Positions 21,845-33,638 of a stretch of 38,894 nt of DNA are shown piece after piece. The notes beneath the pieces are model-generated. The model was not told where the DNA came from and ran no database searches. It saw only the letters and a program-made list of their open reading frames with translations. Position numbers and translations under genes: made by a program. Source of the DNA: Perkinsus chesapeaki ATCC PRA-425. Its lineage: Eukaryota > Protista > Perkinsozoa. The stretch lies in contig JAAPAO010000329.1 in the NCBI GenBank assembly GCA_013115145.1, forward strand, positions 1-38,894, read 5' to 3'. Every line of letters starts with the position of its first letter. Position 1 is the stretch's first letter.

Positions 21845-22354
21845 TTAGGCGGTAATGACACCCTTTTCGAGGAGGAGTTCGTGTAGTTCACCTAAGGGAA
21901 GGTGAGCAGGAAGATGGAGGGAAAGGGCTTACCGTCCTCAGCCATTTGAAGAACAATGTCACAGCCACCCACGAACTCACCATCAACATACAATTGAGGA
22001 TAAGTCGGCCAGTCTGAGAAGATACCAATCCGCCCCACCAATGGACCTCCCGAGTATCATGCATGCTTCAAGCTTAGATACGACCGTTTCAGATACTACC
22101 TGAATACTTCTTAACACCCTCTCTTAACGTATCGTTAGCTAATATATTCATATGTGCAAATGACTCCACACCTGTCATAAGCTCATAAGTTACCCTCACA
22201 CCCACTTTGCCTATTTACCCTCATTTTTCAAGGCTTCGACCACCTTCTTGCTGAACCCACATTTTGGGGCTTCAGGGTCTCCCTTCATGAACAAGACAAC
22301 CTTATTAGACTCAACAAAAGCGTCAAGCTTCGGGAACAACTCCTCGTACGACAT
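21845..22354 (-). CDS. Monothiol CGFS-type glutaredoxin, 4 exons
   Basis: [50 protein letters not shown]...[25 protein letters not shown]...; TAA at 21845. Confidence 0.93.
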
Positions 22355-22508
22355 ATCAACGCTACAACTAAAACAGGAAATATTATCAACCCGACCAATC
22401 GATTCTGGAAATTCGATTTCGAGCGATTTTAAAAAATGCGAGACGTGACCCGATTCGCTCCGCCTTCCAACGCGAGTCGGAAATTACATTGAATTGAGTA
22501 ACTGGTTG

Positions 22509-25500
22509 ATGTCGGAGGTTAATAGGAAGAAAGAAGGCCTCGACGATGAGGGCTTGAGTTCGTCATCTTCATCTGAGGATGAAATGGGACCCGCGCCAAT
22601 GGTGAGCTAATATGTATCTTATCAATTCAACCTAATTCGAATCTTTAGCCCGCGCCCGAACCAGCCAAGAAGCGACGGAAGGTCAAAAGGCAACTCGCCA
22701 ACGAGAAGGAGTATCTTGAGAACCTTCCGAGTGCGAAAATGTACGAGAAGAGCTTTATGCACCGGTAAGGTCAAAAGATATTTTTCGGCTCAAGTATATG
22801 CCCCTCAGAGCGCCGATTTCGCACGTTGTCGTGTCTAAGTCGCAGGAATTTATCATTACGTGCTCCACCGACGGTCATGTTAAATTCTGGAAGAAACGGA
22901 AGATCGGGGTAGATAGCTGAGGACCCCAAATCGACCTCAAATGAATCTTTCAGGTCGAGTTCGTTAAGCATTTCGCAGCTCACAAAGGTCCCATAGGATC
23001 TGTCACCATGAGCGCGTCTGGGTTGGAGTTTGCTACCCTCGGCAAGCAAGACAAGTAGTACCACCGATGGGCCACTGGAAAATGGTACATTTTTGAAGCG
23101 CTATCTTCACAGGTGCATTAAGGTATTCGATGTCGCCGGCTTCAACATGATAATGATGCACAAATTCACCGGTTTTGAACCTCTTGCGTGTTGCTTTGTC
23201 CACGAAGCCGATTCGCCAACTCCAACTCTGGCAATCTCGAGCGCGACTGACAGTAAGATACGGTAGGCTATCACACTGTAAATATTCCTTCCTGGAAAGG
23301 CACCGTGGAAATCTGGCCGATATCGAAGCTGGGAAATCCCAAGGCCAAGCCAAAGAAATATACTGCTCATTTGGACCCTGTCCAACACATTAAGTAATTA
23401 TACCCTCCCTGGGATTTGAACTCGAGACCTTTTAAGGTATAACGATAAGCTTAAACTGGTTGTCTCGATTGATGCTGGTGGACTTATCGATATATGGGAC
23501 CCTACTACATTGGAGTTGCCGGAAAGTGTTTCCTTCGACTCTAAATTTGATACCAGCCTTTTCGAGCTCAAATCGGCGGAGGTACTAAGTGGGAAGAGCG
23601 GGGTGGATGGTTAATTATTAAATGACTCCGTGGTGGTCTCGATACCAGATATCTCGGGTTGCATATCTTTAATGAAGTGAGATTCTCATGCAGTGTCCAG
23701 CAAAATGACACTCCGAACGCAAGGGGGGCTCCCCTTGAGCTCCTGACAGCCTACAGAGTTTGGCATCGTGGCTCCAGGGTGGCATGGAGTATAATGTCGA
23801 TTCTTAAAGCTACCAAAGTTGAGAATTGTTATTGGGCTTTGCGGAGTAGTGCCATGGTAGAGTAACGTGTACTGGTGAAGAATCAAATTTGAGTTCTCGG
23901 CAGCGTAACAGTTTTTCCTATCTTCATGAGATTATACTGTTATACAGTGTGACACTTCTGAGGTATATGCTCCTCGGACAGCGCTGGGCCATACCTCTCC
24001 CGAGCTTCATAATTCCACCATCTTGCTGTGGTTGAGGTGCGAGAATCGCTCGTTAAGTTTATGCAACCTCTCCCCTTTACCGAATTGACCGCCAGCAATA
24101 TCGATATGCTAGGATCGAATCCTTGGCTATTGGTCATCAGCCTATTGCATCATTTGTAATATTGGTATTTCAGACCACTGCATTGGATCTCTCTATCTCT
24201 CCGGATGGTAACTTATTCGCCGTCCTCGGTAAGGACTCTCAAGTAAGAGTATTCAGGACCAAGTACGAGCCGGTTGCCCGCCGCCTCGGTAGTATCTTTT
24301 AGGTCGGGTAAGCTCTTCAAAGCGTTCGACGAATCTTTGGACGCGACCAGCATAGCTCAGTCGGATCCTTTAATGAAACAGGTCCATCTTGATGGGTAAC
24401 AACGTTCATTAATTTCGTGGCGTGTGACGGTTTCTGTAGGTTCGATTTCGGTCGACGGTGTGCTGTTGAAAAGGAGTTGCTGAGATCACCGGACGCGATG
24501 TTCCAGACGATCGATTTCGACCAGTCTGGCAACTTCATCATTTATCCGACCATGGTTGGTATCAAGGTAAAAGATAGTATCTTTAGGTTAGCTTTCGATC
24601 TTGTGCCGCTCAGATAGTTAATCTGGTCACTAACCATTTATCGGCCTTATTGGGCAAGGTTGAATCGAGTGAAAGATTCCTCGCAACCGCACTGTAAATA
24701 TATTCCTTTCTATGTCGCTCCAACTTGCTCCAACCGTTTAGATTGCAACCAAAGCCCATTCGTCAGAAGGTCAATCCCGGTGGAGAGGAGAACATGGCAG
24801 CAGCTGGCGCCGGAGCGTACGAGTATGTCACCGACCCGACCTTGGTGGCTTCAAGGTGAGGGGGAGAAGGAAAAAGGCGAAGTGAGAACCATGTATGGCA
24901 GTTTCAAGAAGAATCGGTTCTATCTCTTTACGAAGCGTTTGCCGAGTGATACCGGAGCAGGCCAGCAGAGAGATATCTTTAACGAGAAGCCAACGGCGGA
25001 TGAGATGGCAGCTGCAGCCGCTGCAACAGGCGGTGATAGGAAGCCACAAATCAAGTAGAGGTGGTGACACGACTGGTGACATGACGAATGCATTAGGATT
25101 GGCAAGAAGGCTGTCATACATACTGATTACGGTGACATACAAATAGAACTATACGGAAAGTTGGTACCCAAAACTGTTGAGAATTTCAGCAAACATGCAC
25201 AGGATGGATATTATGACGATGTGCTTTTCCATAGGGTAAAATGCCGCATGCCGGGATCGAACTTGGGATCCCGTATATTGCTCAGGTTATCAATAAGTTT
25301 ATGATACAGACGGGTGATCCCGAAGGAACTGGTATGGGTGGCACGAGCATCTGGGGAGGCGATTTCTCCGATGAATTCGTAAGCTGACGGCTTTGATAGG
25401 TTTGATATCGGAAAACAGGTTCCCGAATTGGACCATTCGGAGCCCTATATGGTTTCGATGGCAAACGCCGGACCTAATACGAATGGTTCGCAGTTCTTCA

Positions 25501-25912
25501 TTACAACAGTAAAAAAGATATAGTCATTTAGAGTAAGCCTTTCGGCAGGTACCTTGTCCTTTCCTTGATAACAAGCACACTGTCTTTGGTAAAGTGACGA
25601 GCGGGCAAGATGTTGTAAGGAGAAGCGAGGGGGTTTTTCGCTCAGTTGTCAAGCTAGAGTATATCGCAATATCGTGATATATACCTTTGTTGATGGGCGA
25701 AGGAAATTAATGAAAATCAGAGTTTGTTTTTTTCCGATTCGGTGGGGAAGTTTTAGACTGGTCGCCTAAGAGATGTTAGAATACTACTCAGTTGTAGTGA
25801 TCGTTTAAGCGCATACACGCATTGATAGGTTCATAAAATAGAAGGTGTACGGACCGACGCGGAGGATCGACCACGTGAAGAGATTCATATCCAAACCATC
25901 AAGATAGAGTGA
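22509..25912 (+). CDS. PPWD1: WD40-repeat cyclophilin (peptidylprolyl isomerase domain and WD repeat protein)
   Basis: [69 protein letters not shown]. Cyclophilin domain [46 protein letters not shown] ends at 25912. Confidence 0.93.
23394..23436 (-). other. 43-nt intron made of a tRNA 3'-half-like sequence (antisense to host)
   Basis: Reverse complement: CTTAAA AGGTC TCGAG TTCAAAT CCCAG GGAGGGT A TAATTAC. Removal joins VQHI-K-YNDKL. Confidence 0.82.
24396..24439 (+). other. 44-nt intron carrying TAATTTCGTGGCGTGTGACG (sense)
   Basis: Joins HLD-G-FDFGRR; motif at 24410-24429. Confidence 0.7.
25236..25285 (-). other. 50-nt intron containing a tRNA 3'-half-like sequence (antisense to host)
   Basis: Reverse complement: CTGAGCAATATACG GGATC CCAAG TTCGATC CCGGC ATGCGGC A TTTT AC. 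Splits the conserved FHR/VI motif. Confidence 0.8.
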
Positions 25913-25931
25913 TCTAAAGTTAACGTTTCAC

Positions 25932-26453
25932 ATGCCCTTTGATTGGGTTGGTCAATATATACACAGCCTTTCAGTAGTCCATATGCCAGGAGCCCACTTG
26001 GGACCAGACCTGGGTGCTACAGCCTCCGCTCTGGACGGCTTAGCCTGTAACCCTACCCTTTCAACACCGGATCAATGTCATGGTCATGGAGTGTGTACAA
26101 AGGACTTTCAATGCTACTGTGGGAGCTACTATACGGGACTGCAGTGTGATGAGTTCGCATGGTAGCATCTTTAGATCGTGATACCCTATAGACTCTTAGG
26201 TACACTTACCTTCTATTTTCCCTCGGTATTATTCTACTATTAACGGTGGCACTGTGCGGTTGCTATTGTCATTCGATTTGTATCAGAAATCGGCAGAAGG
26301 ATACTCAGCCACAATCAGGGGGCCGAAAGCCATCATCGAAGGTAAAACGAGAGCCCGGGATGGTGAGCACGGTTTTTCCATCAGAAAACGCAGCTGTTGT
26401 CATCCTCACGCGAAGAAGATAAATCATTAGAGAACAGCTCGAATTTACCATGA
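25932..26453 (+). CDS. Small EGF-like domain + transmembrane protein, 3 exons
   Basis: CNPT...QCHGHGVCTKDFQCYCGSYYTGLQC, then hydrophobic YLLFSLGIILLLTVAL; TGA at 26451-26453. Confidence 0.7.
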
Positions 26454-26614
26454 GCCGATGCTGTCATTCTTGTTGGGGTTATTAAGTTGAGTTGAATAGT
26501 CATGAGGTATGATTAAATTCACTTCACAATACCTGCTGTCCGACTCGCAGTATTATCCTCGTAATCGTTTCAGACTCAAACTTTGAGTGTCGCTGTACCG
26601 AAAGTCCGAAAAAC

Positions 26615-26907
26615 TTGTTGTTACTTATTACCATAAGATTGTCGTTGTTGTTACTTATTACCATAAGATTGTCGTTGTTGTTACTTANNNNNNNNNNNNN
26701 NNNNNNNNNNNNNNNNNNNNNNNNNNNNNNNNNNNNNNNNNNNNNNNNNNNNNNNNNNNNNNNNNNNNNNNNNNNNNNNNNNNNNNCGTTACTTATTACC
26801 ATAAGATTGTCGTTGTTGTTACTTATTACCATAAGATTGTCGTTGTTGTTACTTATTACCATAAGATTGTCGTTGTTGTTACTTATTACCATAAGATTGT
26901 CGTTGTT
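26615..26907. repeat. 30-bp tandem repeat (GTTGTTGTTACTTATTACCATAAGATTGTC)n spanning an N gap
   Basis: About 2.4 identical copies left and about 4 right of Ns at 26688-26786; no spacers. Confidence 0.95.
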
Positions 26908-27534
26908 AATATTTGGGTTTGCCAGATATTATTTCCAATTGCTCGGTTCGCTTGTCCATAAGAAATCCAGGAAGCTTCCGGTGTGATCAGCCACGGTGAT
27001 TCGATGAAATTCCCGACATTAGTTATAACGACCATCAGAGCAGTGGGTAAACTAATGCTGCTACCGGAGCACGGGTCCAGTGCATTATATGCATTACAGA
27101 ACCGATCCATTAGTTCGCCTGCTCCATCTCTTAAGCAACTCAATACCATATCATAGATGAAAGTAGATAGCGATGACTCAAAATAAAGAGACAAATAAAA
27201 TATGCTATACCAAACTAACTCTTCTAAGACTCCCCGCAGAGCGCCATGCACCCGCATGGGTTGCAAACCAGTCGAACGCAAAAAAATCGAATGGGAAATT
27301 ATTTCCCATGATAGAATAACCTAGCTCAGCGAGACCCAGCCGACGCAGTGCAATATAAACCGATATGTCTACATTACCGTTCTACTATTATAATGCTGAG
27401 TGCAAGCCTAAGAACAACTACATGGCCGCTTCATGCGCTATGAGGATGAGATACCCCACCACGAAGAGATACAGTGAGACTATAAACGGCGAACGAAAGC
27501 TAAGGCATTGGACGAAACATGATCGACGCGCCTT

Positions 27535-28860
27535 TCAACGAACAGCGGCTTTAATCGTGTTCAAGGCTTCGAGTACTCCACCGTTAGGGTTAATCTGACG
27601 TGACTTAGCATCCAAAGGAGAAGCATTGTGCATTAGAAGAGACTTGATCTGTTTAGGCTCCACATTCAGACCCAATAGCATACCAATCGTACCAACAACA
27701 AACGGAACCGCAAATGACGTACCGGACACCTTGGGAGGACGATTAGCAGTATCGCCAAGGACTTGAACATCCTCTCCGAAGGCAGCAATATGGACCTGTG
27801 GACCATAGTTGCTGCTTGTACTGAGCGTGTAATGCTCAGCGTTTGTAATAGCTCCGACACAGATACTTAAAGTGCTATTGAGCGCACATGGGAGCAATTC
27901 CGGTTCATCGGCGCCATAGTTACCAGCGGCGGAGACTACGATGATGGAACTGTTCACCACTTTATCTAGAGCTCGTAGGAAAAGATATCTAGTCATACCG
28001 GCGAAAGGCCCCGGTTCGATGCGCAAGGAAAGCGACAAGGAAACGACTTCTACGCCAATATCCATTGCCAAATCAAGACCCTCGCTGATTTCGGATAGGT
28101 ACATTTCTTCATCATCATCCGTGACCTTTATACCTATCAGCTTCAAGTTAGGAGCGATTCCGGCCATACCGTGAGAATTGTTAACTTTAGCTGCCATAAT
28201 TTGAGCAATTTTAGTCCCGTGTCTGCGGGTGATATGCGGGTTCGATGTGTTGTAAACAGTATCCCACGAACCATGTAGAATAACACCGTCTGATCTTCTG
28301 AATACGCCCCTGGCTGGAGCAAGATCCGGGTCGCTGAAGTCAATGCCATCATCTATAATGGCAACCGAGACGTCACGTAGAGTATGCTGATGGACCAAGT
28401 CCCACACCTCAGGCATGTGCATGCGTTTCAGTTGACATTGGGTGCAAGCACCGGGGTCGTTGACATGCAAGTCGCATTCACACCGTTTAGGATTATGTCC
28501 TCCATCAAGTTTGGCGACAGGATTGTCAGCGCATATGACCAGGATATCTGGAAGCAGTCTAGAAGCCATTGCAGTGTAGTTGCAGAACGTAACAGAATCC
28601 ACATGATCGACGGAAGTCCACACGATCTGAATATTCAAGTGTGTCAAAGTCTTTATTCTAACCGACTTGATGAAAGAAGATATCTTAGGATCAGTAACAT
28701 ATCCGATCTTCTCTTTTAATAGTGAAGGTAGACTGTGAACATCTATCATCTCCTTGGGCTGAGTAGTATTAGTAATTGATAGAAGTGTTCTACCATCACC
28801 GGCAGCTTCAGAGTTAACCAAATAAAAGAGTAGAGGTAGAATCATCATAGTCGACAACAT
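27535..28860 (-). CDS. Subtilisin-like serine protease (S8), intronless
   Basis: Signal peptide; catalytic AIIDDG (Asp), HGTKIA (His), AAGN (oxyanion Asn), GTSFAVP (Ser). Confidence 0.95.
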   Translation of the reverse strand: MLSTMMILPLLFYLVNSEAAGDGRTLLSITNTTQPKEMIDVHSLPSLLKEKIGYVTDPKISSFIKSVRIKTLTHLNIQIVWTSVDHVDSVTFCNYTAMASRLLPDILVICADNPVAKLDGGHNPKRCECDLHVNDPGACTQCQLKRMHMPEVWDLVHQHTLRDVSVAIIDDGIDFSDPDLAPARGVFRRSDGVILHGSWDTVYNTSNPHITRRHGTKIAQIMAAKVNNSHGMAGIAPNLKLIGIKVTDDDEEMYLSEISEGLDLAMDIGVEVVSLSLSLRIEPGPFAGMTRYLFLRALDKVVNSSIIVVSAAGNYGADEPELLPCALNSTLSICVGAITNAEHYTLSTSSNYGPQVHIAAFGEDVQVLGDTANRPPKVSGTSFAVPFVVGTIGMLLGLNVEPKQIKSLLMHNASPLDAKSRQINPNGGVLEALNTIKAAVR

Positions 28861-31293
28861 ACTTAATGGAAATTGCAGAAGGGAGAATCCTACGAGATAA
28901 TAACATGGTACCAGTTATATGGCTAACATAATAGCCCTATAATACTGTACCTTGACCGTGCGCATTAACAGTCTTGCTCGATATGCTGCAAAGTCTACGC
29001 ATCAGATCGCGTCGCACTCGCATTTGGAATTATCGGACACATTAATGGACAAGAAGATATTGCAATCGCGAATGCAGCTGGAACACACGATATGGCTCTT
29101 CAGAACAAGTCCAGCTCCACGGTGGCGCCTCTCGCAATGGCTCATGGAACGTGGCTCATGGCTCTTGGGCCAGGCGCCATGGAGAGGTGCTTTGGGATGG
29201 CTATCGGGGATTCACACAGTAGGAAGAGACAGTCTGACTCAAGTAGTCTGACCACCTCCGAGAGGCACTGCAGTTGCTCCTTTACGACTTAATTTTGGCC
29301 AACCTGTCCGACTTTATTGGGCATAATCTTGTGTGCACGCATATGTGTTCTGTAGACAATATTAGACGCAACCAATAGGCAAACCTGGAATCTCATTGTC
29401 GGAAGTGCAAAATTTATATATGCGATTTACGACATGTACTGGAGTAAAACCAAATAATCCCGGTCACGCGAGCATGCGCCATTGCCTTTTGGTAATTGTA
29501 CACATGCCCTCGATTGCTTTAGCGACTCCTGCGGGGAGGAGTAGGATCTCTAGACACTGATTACATTCCTATTCGATGAGCCATCGTGACAATAAAAGTA
29601 TAGGTATTGAACTCTCTCGGAAGTTGCACATAGAATGGATGGTCTAACTAAGCAATACTCGGCATTAGACTATTTACTCACACAACCAAACACGAGTTAC
29701 TGTTCATCGTACTTGATAACTGTTCTGAATGCCTGCTACTTAGCACTATGCAATCATATATTATGAATGCATTTTTATTGCCATATAGGCCCTATTGTAT
29801 AGGGATCTCGGGATATCTTAGCGACTCGCTGAAATGCCACTCACTGGTAGCGAGTTTCGTTGAGTCATTACAATAGACGCCGTGTATTGTGAAATTCGCA
29901 AACTCAATCAATGAAGCAAGGCCTATTGTAGACCACAAGACCAGAAGTGTTATTTTCCCATGGTTGTTCCATGGGCATTCATTTATCATGATTCTTTCAA
30001 AACCCAACTTGGGCTGTCCAACTTTCTATGTCATATAATTAGAGAGATGCCGTAGCGGTACTGCCGTTCCTGGAGGCACATGAACCAGAGTTCCTAGTGC
30101 AGTATGCCCGGTTCAGCTCGAAATACAATCATTCCAAGGAATCAAGTCATTTCCGCGGATATTATTTGCGAATATTTGTCGCAATGCCGGTGCGACGTCG
30201 AACCGAATCTGGGAAACATTAGTCGATGTTACCTACCCGATAATAGTCTCCAGTCACAAGGCTAGTTATCTGGCACGCTGCACGCTATCGCGCAGTCCAC
30301 ACTGAATCTAGCCTACGGGGGCCGCTAAATTCACGCCATGTTTGACGATGACGTTATTCTGTGAACGATTCTCCAATGAACCTAGGTACATGTAAGGTGC
30401 ACTAACGGCCCTCAGGGGTACTAATGGCCCTCAGGTCTCACTCAGCTTTTGGAGGGCGTTAGAGTTTCAGGTGTGGAGTATTCGGGTTTGGCGGGAGTTT
30501 CCCTCCCGCGCTTACTACGTTTGATGGGACTTCAAGCATGAGGGATTGTCTATGAATATGGAGCGCTCAAAGCGCTGCGCTTGTTATTAGACGTGGTTGG
30601 CGCACCTTTGTGCCGAACCGTATCAGACCAGCCATAGCAGTCGAACCATGCATAGACGGAGAATAGTGCACCAATATAGTGAAAAGAGAATTCACGCACG
30701 AAAATAGGCGTAGATAAAGCGAAGGGGAAGATTCTACCTCCTTTTACCTACGTAATGGGAAATTTTCTGCTGTATAAATTAGTCAATTACAGTTCGCACA
30801 AAGTCTTTGTGACAAACAGTGTACAAGCTACATTAAATGGTACTGGAGCATTGCTGGTATAGCGAAAGGCTGCACTGGCGATGCTTCGGTGAAGCATCAC
30901 CAGTGGCTTGCACTTTTGTGAATATGTGGTACAGTGGCGCCATTCCCATTCGAGCAACTCAGCAAAACATAGTCACGCCCCATGGAACATATTTCACGCC
31001 ACTCTAAATAGTCTGAATAAACCGTTCACTTGTGCCTCAGTATCGCCTCAGAAGTGGGCCGCCTCGCAAGCGACATCCACTTGTGTGGGTAGGCCAACAC
31101 ATCTGGTCCAGTGGACCAGGTCAACGCAGTAGAATCGTATTGAGCAAGCCTCAAAGTCTAGCTCTAATAACGCAAATCTGTGCCATAATGGAAAGTTGTT
31201 GAAGCTGTTACTACAATGGCTATAGAGGGTGAGATATAATTATATAATGTAGTTAGATCGAAGTTTTAAACGAAAGGTCTATGGCATTGTTCT

Positions 31294-32706
31294 CTACATA
31301 CCGGCTTCGTTAAGAGCACCCTTGATAGTATTTAAAATCTCGAGCGCGCCACCATGAGGATCGATCTGACGAGATGTCCTAGCCAAGGGAGAAGCATAGC
31401 GCATTAGAAGACGCTTTATCTGAGCAGGCTCCACCTTCAGACCTAATAGAATTGCAACTGTACCGGTTACAAATGGTACAGCATATGATGTACCGGAGTC
31501 CGTCACAGGCATACCAACACCATCATCGCACTTATAATCAACTTGAACCTTATCGCCAAATGCAGCAATTTGTACCTGTGGGCCATAGTTGCTGTATCTG
31601 GCGAGGCTGTTGTCATCAGTATTGTTGCGTAGAGCTCCTACGCAGATACTATTGGATGCGTTGTAGGCACACGGGACGGTGGTCGGATCGTTTTGGCCTC
31701 TGTTTCCGGCGGCAGAGATAATAATGATGTTTCTCCTTTCCAATTCACTCATAGAGTACTCCAACATAATACAGTCTCTACTGCGCTTAGATGGGCCGCA
31801 AAAGAACGAGAGAGATATGGAGATGACATCTACTTCAATATCGATTGCCAAGTCCAAGGCGTCGAGAACTTCAGACAAGAAAAAATCGTCATTGTTGTCT
31901 GAGACTTTTATACCCATAAGTTTTACATTAGGAGCTATTCCAACCATACCGAAAGAATTGTTTGCTTTTGCTGCCATTATACGGGCAATCTGAGTCCCAT
32001 GATACTCCGTGATATGTGGGCTTGCTGTATCGTAAAAGGTATCCCAGAAGCCTTGTAGAACACCTCCATTTGACTTTCTAAACGTCCCACGAACAGGCTT
32101 AAGATCCGAGTCTTCGAAATCAACACCATCGTCTATGATGGCAACCGAGGTGTCCCGCAGAGGATACTGGTGGATGAGATCCCACACCTCGCGCATGTGC
32201 ATGCGTTTAAGATGGGTTTCCGAGCATGCACCGGGGTCGTTAACTTTCAAGTCATCACAGAAACCAGTACATTTCTTAGTTCTTACATTCTTAGTTGATC
32301 CTCCGTTACGTTCAGCGGGAGCATTACCGTCGCATATGGCCAGGATGTCAGGTAGTAGTTTCGAGGCCATGGCAGTGTAGTTACAGAACGTAACAGAATC
32401 CAAATGACCGACGGAAGTCCACACGATCTGAATATTCAAGTGTGTCAAAGCCTTTATTCTAACCGACTTGATGAAAGCAGATATCTTGGGATCAGTAACA
32501 TATCCGATCTTCTCTTTTAATAGTGAAGGTAGACTGTGAACATCTATCATCTCCTTGGGCCGAGTAGTATTAGTAATTGATAAAAGTGTTCTACCATCAC
32601 CGGCAGCTTCAGAGTTAACCAAATAAAAGAGTAGAGGTAGAATCATTATAGTCGACAACATACTTAATGGAAATTGCAGAAGGGAGAATGCTAATACTCG
32701 CATCAC
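31294..32706 (-). CDS. Subtilisin-like serine protease (S8), intronless paralog
   Basis: AIIDDG, HGTQIA, AAGN, GTSYAVP; N-terminal region nearly identical to 27535-28860. Confidence 0.95.
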   Translation of the reverse strand: MMRVLAFSLLQFPLSMLSTIMILPLLFYLVNSEAAGDGRTLLSITNTTRPKEMIDVHSLPSLLKEKIGYVTDPKISAFIKSVRIKALTHLNIQIVWTSVGHLDSVTFCNYTAMASKLLPDILAICDGNAPAERNGGSTKNVRTKKCTGFCDDLKVNDPGACSETHLKRMHMREVWDLIHQYPLRDTSVAIIDDGVDFEDSDLKPVRGTFRKSNGGVLQGFWDTFYDTASPHITEYHGTQIARIMAAKANNSFGMVGIAPNVKLMGIKVSDNNDDFFLSEVLDALDLAIDIEVDVISISLSFFCGPSKRSRDCIMLEYSMSELERRNIIIISAAGNRGQNDPTTVPCAYNASNSICVGALRNNTDDNSLARYSNYGPQVQIAAFGDKVQVDYKCDDGVGMPVTDSGTSYAVPFVTGTVAILLGLKVEPAQIKRLLMRYASPLARTSRQIDPHGGALEILNTIKGALNEAGM

Positions 32707-33638
32707 ATCACATTGCTGATACTTAAGGATGTTATCTCAATATCTCGCTGTTCAACTAAGATGCTATTCAGAAGAGCTTAAGCTATCCAGTGGCGCCTTT
32801 CGTAATGGCTCGTGGAACGTCACACTGATGAGCGTCATGGAATATTTAATAAACTATCACACTTTATTACTCTAGTAGAGTAACTTTAGAATACCCGAAC
32901 GGAACTTGCACACGCAGTATACATCAAACTTCGATGATCAAAATATGCCAACAACTGTTACCGAACTTAGGATCCGATTTGCTATGCGCCCGCAGACTCT
33001 GCGCCGCAGAGCTCGAGAGTTAACGGGATCTTCTCACTCCCTTCATGCATGTCCGCTTCTTAACGACGCATTTTCGCTTGGAGAGATGGAGTTGGGTTTC
33101 CTATGAGATCGACTAGGAGCATTATTCGATGAGCGAGAATCTCACCAAGCCTACACCCGCCTCGGATGAACGGCTCCATGGCGCTCATCAAGCTGAGGCT
33201 CCGGGAGCCGTCGAGATTTTTTTTCTTAAGATTGCGCCTTTGAGGTGCATGTGCACTGTAACTCGATGCAGTGCGGTAAAACGAGACTAGACTCACATGT
33301 GAGCACGCTTAGTGCCCTGCGCGATGAGTCGATCATCGTGAGCGATAGGTTGATGTGTACGCAAGCGCGAGCATAACAGTAATAGACAAGACTACTTAGT
33401 AACTATAGTGCACATAGAGAACGATGGAATAGAACGAGCGGCGCCTTATATCAGTGACTAGGCGGCCTAGTCTAGGCCGACAGACCTATAACGCATAAGT
33501 CGGTTGTGAAAGTTATAGTCACAACCCACATGTCAATATACCTCTCGGAAATCTATTTCGCGGATAAGGACAGGGATGCCATTGATTCATAAATCAAGTG
33601 TACGCATACGGCCCCTGTACTTTACTCCAAAGACTGTT

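Noticed and set aside
22781-22794. TTTTTCGGCTCAAG resembles the spliced-leader 3' end
   Set aside because: Only an 8-nt exact match, about one expected by chance in this window; no upstream CCGTAGCCA.
24353-24364. TAGCTCAGTCGG, a perfect tRNA A-box (candidate 5' half)
   Set aside because: It lies in PPWD1 coding sequence (SIAQSD) with no anticodon arm.
24439-24449. GGTTCGATTTC B-box-like sequence
   Set aside because: Coding (FDF); lacks the CCCAG-N7-A context.
26615-26907. CRISPR-like array
   Set aside because: Contiguous tandem units with no spacers, no cas genes, and a eukaryotic context.
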